NCBI GenBank assembly: GCA_963764165.1
Contig: CAVXRD010000002.1
Location: 2,592,001-2,656,000, forward strand
Reading direction: 5' to 3'
Origin: an uncultured Verrucomicrobiae bacterium
GTDB taxonomy: Bacteria; Verrucomicrobiota; Verrucomicrobiia; Limisphaerales; Palsa-1400
DNA length: 64,000 bases
A program made the translations under genes and the position numbers. Below the pieces are notes generated by a model. The model ran no database searches. It was not told the DNA's origin and worked only from the letters and a program-made list of their open reading frames with translations. Shown piece after piece: positions 8,856 to 18,627 of the stretch (its first letter is position 1; the number at the start of each line of letters is the position of its first letter).

Positions 8856-10970
8856 ATGGCTCTTTCATTCAATGGCCGCGCTCGTCCGGCCCTCTTGGCT
8901 GGCGCTCTCTTGCTCTCCACCGTTGCCGCATTTGCGGATGACGTCAAAGTGATCCTCGACGATCCATACATGTGGCTCGAAGACGTCAATGGCGACCGCG
9001 CCATGACGTGGGTGCGCGGCGAAAATTCCATTTGCACGAACCAACTGGACACGGTGCCGGGCTTCAAGGACATGCAGGAAAAGCTGCTGACGATCATGAA
9101 TTCGCGCGAACGAATTCCGGGCGTCGCCAAGCACGGCAAATATTATTACAACTTCTGGCGCGACGACAGCAATCCCCGCGGCGTCTGGCGCCGAACCACG
9201 CTGGACGAATACAAAAAGGCATCGCCCAATTGGGAAGTCGTTTTGGATGTCGACGCACTCGCCGCGACGGAAAAAGAAAATTGGGTCTGGCACGGTTACG
9301 AAGTTCTCCAGCCTTCTTACGACCGCTGCTTGATTCAGCTTTCGCACGGCGGAGCGGATGCAGCGGTCGTGCGCGAGTTCGATCTCAATACGAAGTCCTT
9401 CGTGACGGATGGATTTCACCTGCCCGAAGCGAAGAGCCATATTTCCTGGCGCAATCATGATGCCGTTTACGTCGGAACAGATTTCGGCCCTGGCTCGATG
9501 AGCAGCAGCGGCTACCCGCTCGTCATCAAGGAATGGCATCGCGGCACGCCTCTTTCTTCGGCTGCCGCCGTCTTCCAAGGCAAGCCTGACGACATGGCGG
9601 TCAGCGCCTTTGTCTCGCATGATCATGGGCAGGTCTACGAATGGGTCGTGCGCACGCCGACGTTTTTCACGGACGAAATGTATCTGCGAAAAGGCGATCA
9701 ATGGGTGAAAATCGAAAAGCCGGCCGACGCCAGCGTCTCGACTTACGGCAAGCTGGCCATGTTCCGGCTTCGCTCGGCGTGGACGGTGAATGGCGAAACA
9801 TTCGCAGCCGGCTCGCTCATCGCGACCGACCTTCAGGAATACATGAACGGCGGAAGGAATTTCACCGTCATCTTCAAGCCCAGCGAGCGGGTTTCGCTGG
9901 CCTCGATCAGCGACACGAAAAATTATCTCATCTTGACAGAGTTGGATAACGTCCACAGCCGGCCTTATCTCGTCCAATATGACAACGGAAAGTGGGTCCA
10001 ATCACCAATCCCGGCCCCGGATTTTGGAGCGGTGGAAGTCAGCGGCATCGATTCGGATGAGTCCGACGATTATTTCGTGACGCAGACGGATTTCCTGACG
10101 CCTTCGACACTGCTGATCGGCACCGCAGGAGTGAGCGCGCCGGAAAAAATCAAGGCGATGCCGTCCCTGTTCAACGCGGGCGGACTGGAGATTCAGCAAT
10201 TCCAGGCCAAATCCAAGGACGGCACGATGGTTCCTTACTTTGTGGTGAACCGCAAAGGAATGCGCCTTGACGGGCAAAATATAACGCTGTTGTCAGGTTA
10301 CGGTGGATTTGAAATCGCGCGTCTTCCTTCCTACAGCGCGGCGATGGGGGCGGCGTGGCTCGAGCGCGGAGGCGTTTATGTCCTGGCCAACATTCGCGGC
10401 GGCGGCGAGTTTGGCCCGCAATGGCACGAGGCGGCCCGCAAGGAGCATCGCCAGCGCGCTTACGACGATTTCATCGCGGTGGCGGAGGATTTGATCACGC
10501 GCGGCATCACCTCGCCCAAGCGCCTCGGCATCGAAGGGCGCTCCAACGGCGGTTTGCTCATGGGCGTCATGATTACCGAGCGGCCTGATTTGTTTGGCGC
10601 GGTTCATTGCGGCTCGCCGCTGCTGGACATGCGCCGTTACAATAAATTGCTGGCGGGCGCGAGCTGGATGGATGAATACGGCGATCCGGACAAACCGGAG
10701 GATTGGGCCTACATTCAAAAATATTCCCCGTATCAAAATTGCCGTGCCGATAAAATTTATCCGCCGATCCTCATCACGACTTCAACGCGAGATGATCGCG
10801 TGCATCCCGGCCATGCGCGAAAGTTTGCCGCGCGTTTGAAAGAGCAAGGTCACGAAATGCTGTATTACGAAAACATCGAAGGCGGCCACGGCGCGGCGGC
10901 AAACAATAAGCAATCGGCGTTTATGGAAACGCTGGCGTATGCATTTTTGTGGGATCGCCTGTCTCATTAG
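8856..10970 (+). CDS. Prolyl oligopeptidase (S9A), exported
   Basis: Signal peptide; DPYMWLE; ANIRGGGEFG; nucleophile GRSNGG; DDRVHP; EGGHG. Confidence 0.93.
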   Translation: MALSFNGRARPALLAGALLLSTVAAFADDVKVILDDPYMWLEDVNGDRAMTWVRGENSICTNQLDTVPGFKDMQEKLLTIMNSRERIPGVAKHGKYYYNFWRDDSNPRGVWRRTTLDEYKKASPNWEVVLDVDALAATEKENWVWHGYEVLQPSYDRCLIQLSHGGADAAVVREFDLNTKSFVTDGFHLPEAKSHISWRNHDAVYVGTDFGPGSMSSSGYPLVIKEWHRGTPLSSAAAVFQGKPDDMAVSAFVSHDHGQVYEWVVRTPTFFTDEMYLRKGDQWVKIEKPADASVSTYGKLAMFRLRSAWTVNGETFAAGSLIATDLQEYMNGGRNFTVIFKPSERVSLASISDTKNYLILTELDNVHSRPYLVQYDNGKWVQSPIPAPDFGAVEVSGIDSDESDDYFVTQTDFLTPSTLLIGTAGVSAPEKIKAMPSLFNAGGLEIQQFQAKSKDGTMVPYFVVNRKGMRLDGQNITLLSGYGGFEIARLPSYSAAMGAAWLERGGVYVLANIRGGGEFGPQWHEAARKEHRQRAYDDFIAVAEDLITRGITSPKRLGIEGRSNGGLLMGVMITERPDLFGAVHCGSPLLDMRRYNKLLAGASWMDEYGDPDKPEDWAYIQKYSPYQNCRADKIYPPILITTSTRDDRVHPGHARKFAARLKEQGHEMLYYENIEGGHGAAANNKQSAFMETLAYAFLWDRLSH

Positions 10971-11007
10971 GCATTCACGCGTCTTAACCGTGCTCCATTG
11001 AGACGCT

Positions 11008-11113
11008 CGGTAGGGCGAGGCTCCTGCCGAGCCGGCCTATAATTCCCATTTTTATGGGATGAATGGGAATGATGGGAGTTATGGGGCGGCTCGGCAGGAG
11101 CCTCGCCCTACCG
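11008..11113. repeat. REP doublet, family A (GTAG-type)
   Basis: Perfect 27-bp inverted repeat cggtagggcgaggctcctgccgagccg (11008-11034 / 11087-11113). Confidence 0.9.
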
Positions 11114-11133
11114 TGCCATATAAACTAACACGT

Positions 11134-11166
11134 CTTCATCCAATCTTAAGGTTCGCTCTGCATAAT
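11134..11166 (+). promoter_or_regulatory. Putative OmpR-family direct-repeat box and -10 element
   Basis: CTTCAtccaatCTTAAGGTT followed by CATAAT; matches CTTCAcgcatcCTTAAGGTT at 13591. Confidence 0.6.
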
Positions 11167-11209
11167 GGCTGTCGTGACGCAGGAAGTCATGATAGCGTCG
11201 GCCCAAGCC

Positions 11210-11860
11210 ATGCGGCTTTTGATTGTCGAAGATGAACCGGATTTGCGCAGCGGACTTGAACAAGCCCTGCGCGAGGAAGGCTACGCGGTGGATTCCGCAG
11301 GCGAAGGAACCGAAGCTCTTTACAAGGCGGAAACCTGGGATTACGACACCATCGTGCTGGATATCATGCTTCCAGGCATCGACGGCTGGGAAATTCTCAA
11401 GCGCATTCGGAAAACAAAAAAGGTTCCAGTCCTCATGCTGACCGCGCGGGATGCCTTCACCGACCGCGTTCGCGGCCTTGATCTCGGGGCGGATGATTAT
11501 CTCGTCAAGCCGTTTGATCTTTCGGAACTTCTGGCCCGCGTTCGCGCTTTGATCCGCCGCTCGGCGGGTTCCCCGAATCCCGTTTCTGTCCTTGGCCCCA
11601 TCGCCATCAACACTGCTTCGCGCCATGTCGAAGTCGAGGGCAAGCACGTCGAGCTGACAGCGCGGGAATACGCGTTGCTCGAATATCTCGTCAACCGCCG
11701 GGGCGTCGTCGTCAGCCGCACGGAATTGTATGACCACCTGTTTGCGGAGGAGGACGAGTCATGCTCAAATCTTCTTGACGTTCACGTTTGCAATCTGCGT
11801 CGGAAGCTCGGCAAGGATTTGATTCAAACCCGCCGCGGCCACGGCTACGTGGTGGAATAA
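11210..11860 (+). CDS. OmpR-family response regulator
   Basis: MRLLIVEDE, LDIMLP, GADDYLVKPF, winged helix LTAREYALL...TRRGHGY; an in-frame GTG at 11174 is an alternative start. Confidence 0.93.
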   Translation: MRLLIVEDEPDLRSGLEQALREEGYAVDSAGEGTEALYKAETWDYDTIVLDIMLPGIDGWEILKRIRKTKKVPVLMLTARDAFTDRVRGLDLGADDYLVKPFDLSELLARVRALIRRSAGSPNPVSVLGPIAINTASRHVEVEGKHVELTAREYALLEYLVNRRGVVVSRTELYDHLFAEEDESCSNLLDVHVCNLRRKLGKDLIQTRRGHGYVVE

Positions 11861-11864
11861 CCGC

Positions 11865-13304
11865 ATGTTCCCCAAATCCATTCGCTGGCGGATTCAATTG
11901 TGGCATGGCGCTCTTCTCGTTTGCCTGGTGGCTGTGATGCTCGGCACTTTTTACGTCTACGTTCGCGCCGAGAAATTCCGTTTGGTTGATGATCAGCTTG
12001 AATCTTATTTGACGCCCTTGATGCCGCATTTGTTTCCGCCGGGCGGCGGGCGCGGATTCGGGCCACCGGCCGGCCCGGACGATGATCCGCCAGAGGACGA
12101 GCCATTCGGCGGACCGCACGAGCGCGGCCGGCCCGAACCAACGGAATTCGGCAGCGAGCAATCCAAAGGAGTCTACTACACCGCGTGGTCGTCGCGGGGA
12201 ATGGTCGTTGCCAAAACAACGAATTCCCCGGCTCTGACACCACCTCGCGCGGAAGAGGGCCGTCATCGCGCCAGCCGCCTGCGGGGCACAGCGCGGGAAT
12301 TAATCGTCTTCACTCCGCACGACGGTGTCGTCGTTCTTGGCATGCCGATCGGCACCACACTGGACGAGCTTCACCGGCTGGCTTGGATCGAGGCGCTGGC
12401 GGGCGTGGGATTGGTGGCCTTCGGATTGGCGGGCGGCTGGTGGGTGGCTGGACATACGTTGCAACCCATTCAAGAAATCAGCAAAGTCGCTGACAACATC
12501 GCGGCTGGCGATCGAGCGCGTCGCATCAATGTCCAGGAGGCAGACAGCGAATTGGGAAAATTGGCCACCGTATTAAACACAACTTTCGACAAGCTCGACA
12601 AGGCCTTCGAGCAGCAGGTTCATTTTACCGCCGATGCCTCCCATGAACTGCGCACTCCTGTTTCCGTTATCCTGACCCAGACTCAGTTGGCTTTGTCCCG
12701 CGAGCGTGCCGGCGCCGAATATCGCGAAAGCCTCGCCGTCTGCCAGCGCGCCGCCGAACGGATGCGCGGCCTCATCAACACGCTGCTTGACCTCGCACGG
12801 GCGGATGGAACCGGATTCGACTTGACGGTGGCCGATTGCGATTTGCGCCGCATAGCTGACAGCGCCATTGATCTCGTTGGAACGCTCGCGGCACAAAAGG
12901 AAACGAAACTGCAAGTCAACGTCGACGCCATTCATTTGAAAGGCGATCCATCCAAATTGGAGCAGGTGCTGGTCAATCTTTTGCAGAACGCCATCCTCCA
13001 CAACCCTCCCGGCACGCAAGTTTGTTTGTCGATCCACTCGAAGGAAGGTTACGCCGAGATTCGTGTCTCAGACGATGGAGCGGGCATCCCAGCCGAGGCG
13101 AGAGACCGTATATTTGACCGGTTTTTCCGTGTCGACAAGAGCCGGTCCAGCGCCACGGGGGGGAGCGGATTGGGGCTGGCCATTTGCAAAGCGATTATCG
13201 AAGCGCACGACGGGACTATTATCGTCGAAGATAAGGCGGCCAAGGGCACTGAGTTTCGCGTTCTGCTGCCGTTGAATTCCACGCCCGAGCCATCGAAAGG
13301 ATAG
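11865..13304 (+). CDS. Sensor histidine kinase (CusS/heavy-metal-sensor-like architecture)
   Basis: Two TMs, HAMP, H-box ADASHELRTP, N-box NLLQNA, G boxes DDGAGI and GSGLGL. Confidence 0.93.
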   Translation: MFPKSIRWRIQLWHGALLVCLVAVMLGTFYVYVRAEKFRLVDDQLESYLTPLMPHLFPPGGGRGFGPPAGPDDDPPEDEPFGGPHERGRPEPTEFGSEQSKGVYYTAWSSRGMVVAKTTNSPALTPPRAEEGRHRASRLRGTARELIVFTPHDGVVVLGMPIGTTLDELHRLAWIEALAGVGLVAFGLAGGWWVAGHTLQPIQEISKVADNIAAGDRARRINVQEADSELGKLATVLNTTFDKLDKAFEQQVHFTADASHELRTPVSVILTQTQLALSRERAGAEYRESLAVCQRAAERMRGLINTLLDLARADGTGFDLTVADCDLRRIADSAIDLVGTLAAQKETKLQVNVDAIHLKGDPSKLEQVLVNLLQNAILHNPPGTQVCLSIHSKEGYAEIRVSDDGAGIPAEARDRIFDRFFRVDKSRSSATGGSGLGLAICKAIIEAHDGTIIVEDKAAKGTEFRVLLPLNSTPEPSKG

Positions 13305-13308
13305 CGTC

Positions 13309-13485
13309 TTAACTTGGATTGATCTTGGGTTTCTCGAGACAGAGGACCAAGATACACACAAAACAAATGTCGTCGCCGGCTTCTGCGTACGGACTAAGCG
13401 AAATCCAATGTCCGCTGCGAATGATAAGACATATCAACCAAATAACTAGAAGAGTATTCAGCAGCGGTTTTCTTTTTGGATTCAT
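13309..13485 (-). CDS. Possible small membrane protein (58 aa)
   Basis: MNPKRKPLLNTLLVIWLICLII...ICFVCILVLCLEKPK; two hydrophobic stretches; AGAGGA 9 nt upstream; lower GC than flanks. Confidence 0.35.
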   Translation of the reverse strand: MNPKRKPLLNTLLVIWLICLIIRSGHWISLSPYAEAGDDICFVCILVLCLEKPKINPS

Positions 13486-13567
13486 TAGTCCATTTCCTCT
13501 CGACAGCATTATCCGCGAAATTTGCCGATCGCAATATAAATCACGGCTCTGCGCATGATATATTATG

Positions 13568-13624
13568 TTTCACGCATCATTTCCTGCGCCCTTCACGCAT
13601 CCTTAAGGTTGATTGCGCTAGAGT
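13568..13624 (+). promoter_or_regulatory. Putative OmpR-family direct-repeat box and -10 element for the YHYH-mbnPH unit
   Basis: TTCACGCATC twice (13569, 13592); CTTCA-N6-CTTAAGGTT at 13591-13610; TAGAGT 6 nt before the ATG. Confidence 0.6.
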
Positions 13625-13630
13625 GGCCGC

Positions 13631-15463
13631 ATGAAAAACAAATTTCATATACCCATCAAGTTTTCAAAAACGTTTTGGACTCTTGCGGTGGTGATCGGGA
13701 TGGCGGGCGGCGCTTCGGCGGATCCGCTTATCACTTCCTGGTTCACCACTTACTCCGGCAGATACGCCCGGATCTACACCACGGACAGCGCCAAGCTGGC
13801 AGGCGCCGCGGTCACAACGTGGACCAACGGCTCGCTGATCCAATCGCTTCCGGCTTACGACGGAATTCAGGAAGTCGATGACTCGTCCAATTGGGTTTAC
13901 ATCCGCAGCACCGGGCTGGGCTCGCATGTCATGGGGCCGTGGTATTTGGATGCGGCCCATACCCAGGCATTTCCCAGCTATCCCACCAATCAGCAGGTGC
14001 TTTATCGAATCCCTCGCTCGCCCGCGGCGGGAACAGGAACGCTGAACGGCGGTGGCGCGATTGGATATTTCGTGGATGGCGTTTCCATGTTCAACAGTTG
14101 GGATGCATTTTATTGGAACGGATCGGCGGATGTTTCCGGCGGCGCGGGCAACGGCGCTGCGTGGAATCGCGATGCATACGTCAACGAAGGCGTCACCTTC
14201 GATCCGGGCAATGCTCACCAGCCCGGCAGCGGCCAATACCATTACCACGCCAATCCCCCTGCCCTGCGCTATCTGCTGGGAGATCACGTCAATTACAATT
14301 CCGCCACGGACACTTACACCGAATCCACCAACGCGCTGACGCAGCATTCGCCCATCCTCGGCTGGGTCGCGGACGGCTGGCCGATTTATGGCCCCTATGG
14401 CTATTCGAACGCCACCAATTCCGGCAGCGGAATTCGCCGGATGATTTCCGGTTACGTTCCCCGCAACGGCGAATATGGGACGGACAATCTCTCGACCACC
14501 GGCGCAGCCCGCACGACGATCCCGGCGTGGGCGCAGAGGTTCTACAGTTTGTCCGCCGCGCAAAGCGGCCCAACCGTTTCCACCAGTTATCCATTCGGGC
14601 GTTACATGGAGGATAACGATTACCTGGGCGATCTCACTAATTCCGCGACGCACGCGGTTTACCAGCAAGGCACCGACTTCGATTTGGATGAATACAATGG
14701 CCGCTATTGCGTCACGCCGGAATATCCCAATGGCACCTACGCCTACTTCGTCGCCATAGCTTCGAATGGCACGCCCGTGTTTCCGTATAACATTGGCCGC
14801 GCCTACTACGGAGACCCGGTGGGCGGCGCGGTGTCAGGCATCGCCGAAACGGTGACGACGAATTTTGTGGGAGGCCCGAGCCTCGCGCCGGAGATCAATC
14901 CGCCGACTGTCAAGAATACAACCGTCACTTTGACCTGGAGCGCCACCGAAGGCGGAACTTACCTCGTGGCCTCCAGCACGAATCTGCAAACCTGGACAAC
15001 AAATTCCACCAACGTGTCCGCAGTGATGAACACGGGCTCATATACGAATACAAGCTTGTCCACCGAACGCTTCTACGTCGTGGCGCGGACGGCGCTTGCG
15101 GCCTATTCGCCGGTAACTGGAACAACAACGACGAGTGGAGGCGGCGGCAATCTGGTGACGATGTCTCCGAATTCCGGCGCGCGCGGCAGCACGATCACGG
15201 TGACCGCGACAATTAGCGCCAGCGCCAATCCGCCTCCGCCGCCAACAGCGGGAGCGCCGGTGGCGACCTTCACCGTCGGAACACTTAGCGTCACAAGTCC
15301 GGTGTATACAGTCAGCAGCGGCGCGGGAGTTGTGACCGGCAAACTGACAATCCCATCCACAACCGCAGCGGGAAGCCAGACGGTGACGATCACGTTCTCG
15401 CCACCACCCGGCCAAACGCAAGGGCCGACCTACACGCAATCCGGCGCGTTCACCATCGAGTGA
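13631..15463 (+). CDS. Secreted YHYH domain protein
   Basis: Signal peptide; GAIGYFVDGV, AHQPGSGQYHYH, HSPILGWVADGWPIYGPYG, DLDEYNGRYCVTPEYPNGTYAYF; C-terminal T/P-rich Ig-like tail. Confidence 0.88.
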   Translation: MKNKFHIPIKFSKTFWTLAVVIGMAGGASADPLITSWFTTYSGRYARIYTTDSAKLAGAAVTTWTNGSLIQSLPAYDGIQEVDDSSNWVYIRSTGLGSHVMGPWYLDAAHTQAFPSYPTNQQVLYRIPRSPAAGTGTLNGGGAIGYFVDGVSMFNSWDAFYWNGSADVSGGAGNGAAWNRDAYVNEGVTFDPGNAHQPGSGQYHYHANPPALRYLLGDHVNYNSATDTYTESTNALTQHSPILGWVADGWPIYGPYGYSNATNSGSGIRRMISGYVPRNGEYGTDNLSTTGAARTTIPAWAQRFYSLSAAQSGPTVSTSYPFGRYMEDNDYLGDLTNSATHAVYQQGTDFDLDEYNGRYCVTPEYPNGTYAYFVAIASNGTPVFPYNIGRAYYGDPVGGAVSGIAETVTTNFVGGPSLAPEINPPTVKNTTVTLTWSATEGGTYLVASSTNLQTWTTNSTNVSAVMNTGSYTNTSLSTERFYVVARTALAAYSPVTGTTTTSGGGGNLVTMSPNSGARGSTITVTATISASANPPPPPTAGAPVATFTVGTLSVTSPVYTVSSGAGVVTGKLTIPSTTAAGSQTVTITFSPPPGQTQGPTYTQSGAFTIE

Positions 15464-15470
15464 TCACCAC

Positions 15471-17360
15471 ATGAGCGATTGCAACATCACGCGAGTCCTG
15501 ATGCTCCTTGCATTGGGACTCGCCTTGGGCGCGCAGGGCGCCTCGCTGGAAATCGGCATCACGCCGAAGTTTTCGAGCGAGGTGATCCAACCGGCTTCGC
15601 TCCGTTACCGCACCTCGGCGGGCGAGGCGTTTTCGATCACCCGCGTCAGTTTCCTCGCCAGCGATTTTGCGCTTCAACGAATGGACGGGACGTGGTTGGA
15701 GATGACAAACTCGGCGGCCTGGTTCGATCTTGAGCGCAATCGAAATTCATTTCGCCTCGATGAGATTCCTGTGGGCGAATACGGATCGATTCGCTTTTGC
15801 ATCGGCCTTGAGACGAATCTCAATCACGCCGACGTTGCGCAATTCCCCGCAGGGCATACCCTCAATCCGGAGGTCAACGGACTCCACTGGAGCTGGCAGG
15901 GCGGTTACATTTTTCTCGCGCTTGAGGGTTTGTGGAGAAACGCGGGCGGCCAGTTTGACGGCTGGGCCTACCATCTGGCGCGCGATCCCAATTGCACGCG
16001 CATCACGCTCGCGGCGCCGTTGACAATTACGGACCGCTCTCGCGTCGATATCGACTTTGATATTGCCACACTTCTCAACGCGCCTCGTCCGCTTTCGTTC
16101 GCGCAGGACGGAACTTCGACACACTCACGCGACGGCGATCCGATTGCGGCGGCGCTCGACTCGAATTTGCCGGGCGCGTTTCGGATCCATGGCGTCAATA
16201 CGAATATCGAAACCGCCGCATCCCTTGCGCGTGTGGAGCCGTTGTATTTGCCAAAGAAATTCACTCCATACGCGTTCAACATGAATGCCACGTTTCCAAT
16301 CCCCGACCTGCCCCGCGACAATCCGCTCACGGTGGAACGCGTCGCGCTTGGCGAAATGCTCTTTCACGAAACGGCGCTCTCGCGCGATGGCACGTTGTCC
16401 TGCGCCTCGTGTCACAAAACATCCGAAGGCATGAGTGACGCGCGGCAATTCAGTGTCGGCGTTCGCGGTCAGGTAGGAGTCCGCCACGCCATGCCGTTGT
16501 TCAATCTGGCGTGGAAACGAACGTTCTTTTGGGATGGGCGTGCGCCTTCACTCCGCGCGCAATCGCTCATGCCCATTCAAGACCATTCCGAAATGGATGA
16601 ATCGCTGGCCAGCGTCGCGACCAAACTCGCAGCGGATTCAAATTATCGCGCGGCTTTCCAAACGGCCTTTGAGCCCGGCGACATCACGCCCGAAAAAATC
16701 AGCCTCGCGCTGGAGCAATTTCTACTGACCCGCATTTCTGGCGACTCGAAATTTGATCGAGCCATGCGCGGAGCAGAAACACTCACGGACGAAGAGAAGC
16801 GCGGTTTCCAATTATTCTCAACCGAATATGATCCGCGCCGCGGACAATTTGGAGCCGATTGTTTTCACTGCCACGGCGGCATGCTTTTCAAGAGCCAGGA
16901 ATTCGGAAATAACGGGCTCGATTCGGATGTCAAAGACAGCGCGAACCAATCGCCGGTAGGGACGCCTCGCCGAGGCGTCCGGGGTGAGGCGATTTCCACG
17001 CGCAACCTAGGACGCCTCGGTGAGGCGTCCCTACCTTTAAGCCCCAAAGACATCGGACGCGCCAAGGTAACTGGCAAGGATTCGGACGCTGGCAAATTCG
17101 CCGTTCCTTCGTTGCGAAATGTGGAATTGCGAGCGCCTTACATGCATGACGGACGTTTCAAAACATTGGAGGAAGCCGTGGCGCATTACAGCACTGGAGT
17201 CAGACGGAGCGCCACGCTTGATCCCAATTTGGCAAAGCATCCTGATGGCGGGCTTCATCTGAGCGATTCGGATCAAAGGGCGTTGGTTGCTTTTCTAAAA
17301 ACGCTGACCGACGATTCACGGCGCACGAACGCTGACAGAGTCGTCGCGAGCACCCTCTGA
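15471..17360 (+). CDS. MbnP-MbnH fusion (copper-binding MbnP domain plus di-heme cytochrome c peroxidase/MauG-family domain)
   Basis: N-terminal half has HWSWQGGYIFL (MbnP WxW motif); C-terminal half has CASCH, FWDGRA, CFHCH, VPSLRNV..RAPYMHDG. Confidence 0.82.
   Translation: MSDCNITRVLMLLALGLALGAQGASLEIGITPKFSSEVIQPASLRYRTSAGEAFSITRVSFLASDFALQRMDGTWLEMTNSAAWFDLERNRNSFRLDEIPVGEYGSIRFCIGLETNLNHADVAQFPAGHTLNPEVNGLHWSWQGGYIFLALEGLWRNAGGQFDGWAYHLARDPNCTRITLAAPLTITDRSRVDIDFDIATLLNAPRPLSFAQDGTSTHSRDGDPIAAALDSNLPGAFRIHGVNTNIETAASLARVEPLYLPKKFTPYAFNMNATFPIPDLPRDNPLTVERVALGEMLFHETALSRDGTLSCASCHKTSEGMSDARQFSVGVRGQVGVRHAMPLFNLAWKRTFFWDGRAPSLRAQSLMPIQDHSEMDESLASVATKLAADSNYRAAFQTAFEPGDITPEKISLALEQFLLTRISGDSKFDRAMRGAETLTDEEKRGFQLFSTEYDPRRGQFGADCFHCHGGMLFKSQEFGNNGLDSDVKDSANQSPVGTPRRGVRGEAISTRNLGRLGEASLPLSPKDIGRAKVTGKDSDAGKFAVPSLRNVELRAPYMHDGRFKTLEEAVAHYSTGVRRSATLDPNLAKHPDGGLHLSDSDQRALVAFLKTLTDDSRRTNADRVVASTL
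16955..17035. repeat. REP doublet, family B, inserted in-frame inside the MbnH domain
   Basis: ggtagggacgcctcgccgaggcgtcc ... ggacgcctcggtgaggcgtccctacc; 81 bp = 27 codons; same family at 19511 and 39204. Confidence 0.9.
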
Positions 17361-18587
17361 AGTTTCCGGCGCCGTAATGGCAAACACTTTTCCGTCCAGC
17401 GTCAGCGCGTAAACTTCGCCGTCAAGATCCTCCGCAAAGCTGGTGATGTTTTTCGGCTGCTCCAGCAGCGTGTCCATGGCGGTGACTTTGCCGTGCTCGT
17501 AACGGAATCCCCAAATGGTGCCGAGCGCGTAATCCGCATAGAGGTAAACGCCGCGCAGTTTCGGATATTTCGCGCCGCGATATACATAACCGCCAATGAC
17601 ACACGCGCCGATGCTGTGCTTGGGAAAAAGCGCTTGCGACATGAAATTTGTCTTATGCGGATATTCCATCACTGGGTCGATGAAGCGAGCCCCATCCGGC
17701 CCGGGCTTGAAATGGTGCGCGCCTTCCCGAATGCCCCAGCCGTAATTGCCGCCTTTGACAATTAAATCAACCTCCTCCCAGGTATCCTGCCCGACGTCAC
17801 CGGCCCACATCTCGCCCGTCTCACGATCCCAACTGAAGCGCCACGGGTTGCGCAGTCCGTAAGCCCAGATTTCCTTGCGGATGCCGTTCTCGTAAAAATC
17901 CGGCTCGCCGGTGAATGGGTTGTCCGAAGGAATTCCGTAAGGCAGCGTCTGCGCTTTGCCCAGCACTTGAATTTTCTGGCGCGAATTGACGTCAATGCGA
18001 AGGATCTTCCCGCGAATCGTGGAAGTATTTTGCGCCGCGCCGAATTCGTCGTTTTGCCCGCCTCCATCCCCAACGCTGACGTAGAGAAAACCATCGCGGC
18101 CAAACGCCACCAGTCCCGATTTATGAACGTCGGAAGGCTGGGGAATTTGGAGCAGCGTCCGCATCGAGTTCGTGTCCGCGCGATCCTGGCCGGGTGGGAC
18201 TTTCCATTCCGTCAATTCCGTGCGGCGCGGATTCTCCCGGCTGTAAAAAATATAAAACAACCCGTTCGTCTTGAAACCCGGATGAAAAGCGAGGCTGAGA
18301 AGCCCCTGCTCCGTTGAAGTATGCGGCTGCCACGCTTCGATATTGAGCAGCTCCTTGGCGCCCGAGCCGTCCTCGCCCTTTTTGACGGTCACAATTCTGC
18401 CATCCTGCTCAACAAGCGCGAAGCGATCCGAGCCATCCGGCGCGGGCGTCATCCAGACGAGATTCTCTGACTTGAACTTCGGAAAAACGGGCTGGAGTTT
18501 GACTTTGGGCAGCGGCTCATCCGCCGCCCACGCTGTCAAGCAAAATGAAGATATCCATGCCACCAGGCCAATGACTTTCCGATGCAT
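17316..18587 (-). CDS. PQQ-dependent sugar dehydrogenase (GSDH family)
   Basis: EQGLLSLAFHP, DGFLYVSVGDGG, GKILRIDV, IWAYGLRNPWRFSWD, GGNYGW; signal peptide. Overlaps the 3' end of the convergent mbnPH gene by 45 bp. Confidence 0.9.
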   Translation of the reverse strand: MHRKVIGLVAWISSFCLTAWAADEPLPKVKLQPVFPKFKSENLVWMTPAPDGSDRFALVEQDGRIVTVKKGEDGSGAKELLNIEAWQPHTSTEQGLLSLAFHPGFKTNGLFYIFYSRENPRRTELTEWKVPPGQDRADTNSMRTLLQIPQPSDVHKSGLVAFGRDGFLYVSVGDGGGQNDEFGAAQNTSTIRGKILRIDVNSRQKIQVLGKAQTLPYGIPSDNPFTGEPDFYENGIRKEIWAYGLRNPWRFSWDRETGEMWAGDVGQDTWEEVDLIVKGGNYGWGIREGAHHFKPGPDGARFIDPVMEYPHKTNFMSQALFPKHSIGACVIGGYVYRGAKYPKLRGVYLYADYALGTIWGFRYEHGKVTAMDTLLEQPKNITSFAEDLDGEVYALTLDGKVFAITAPETSEGARDDSVSVRAP

Positions 18588-18627
18588 GGCCCCACCGTAG
18601 CTGATGAGTTGCGGATTTCAATGGGGT

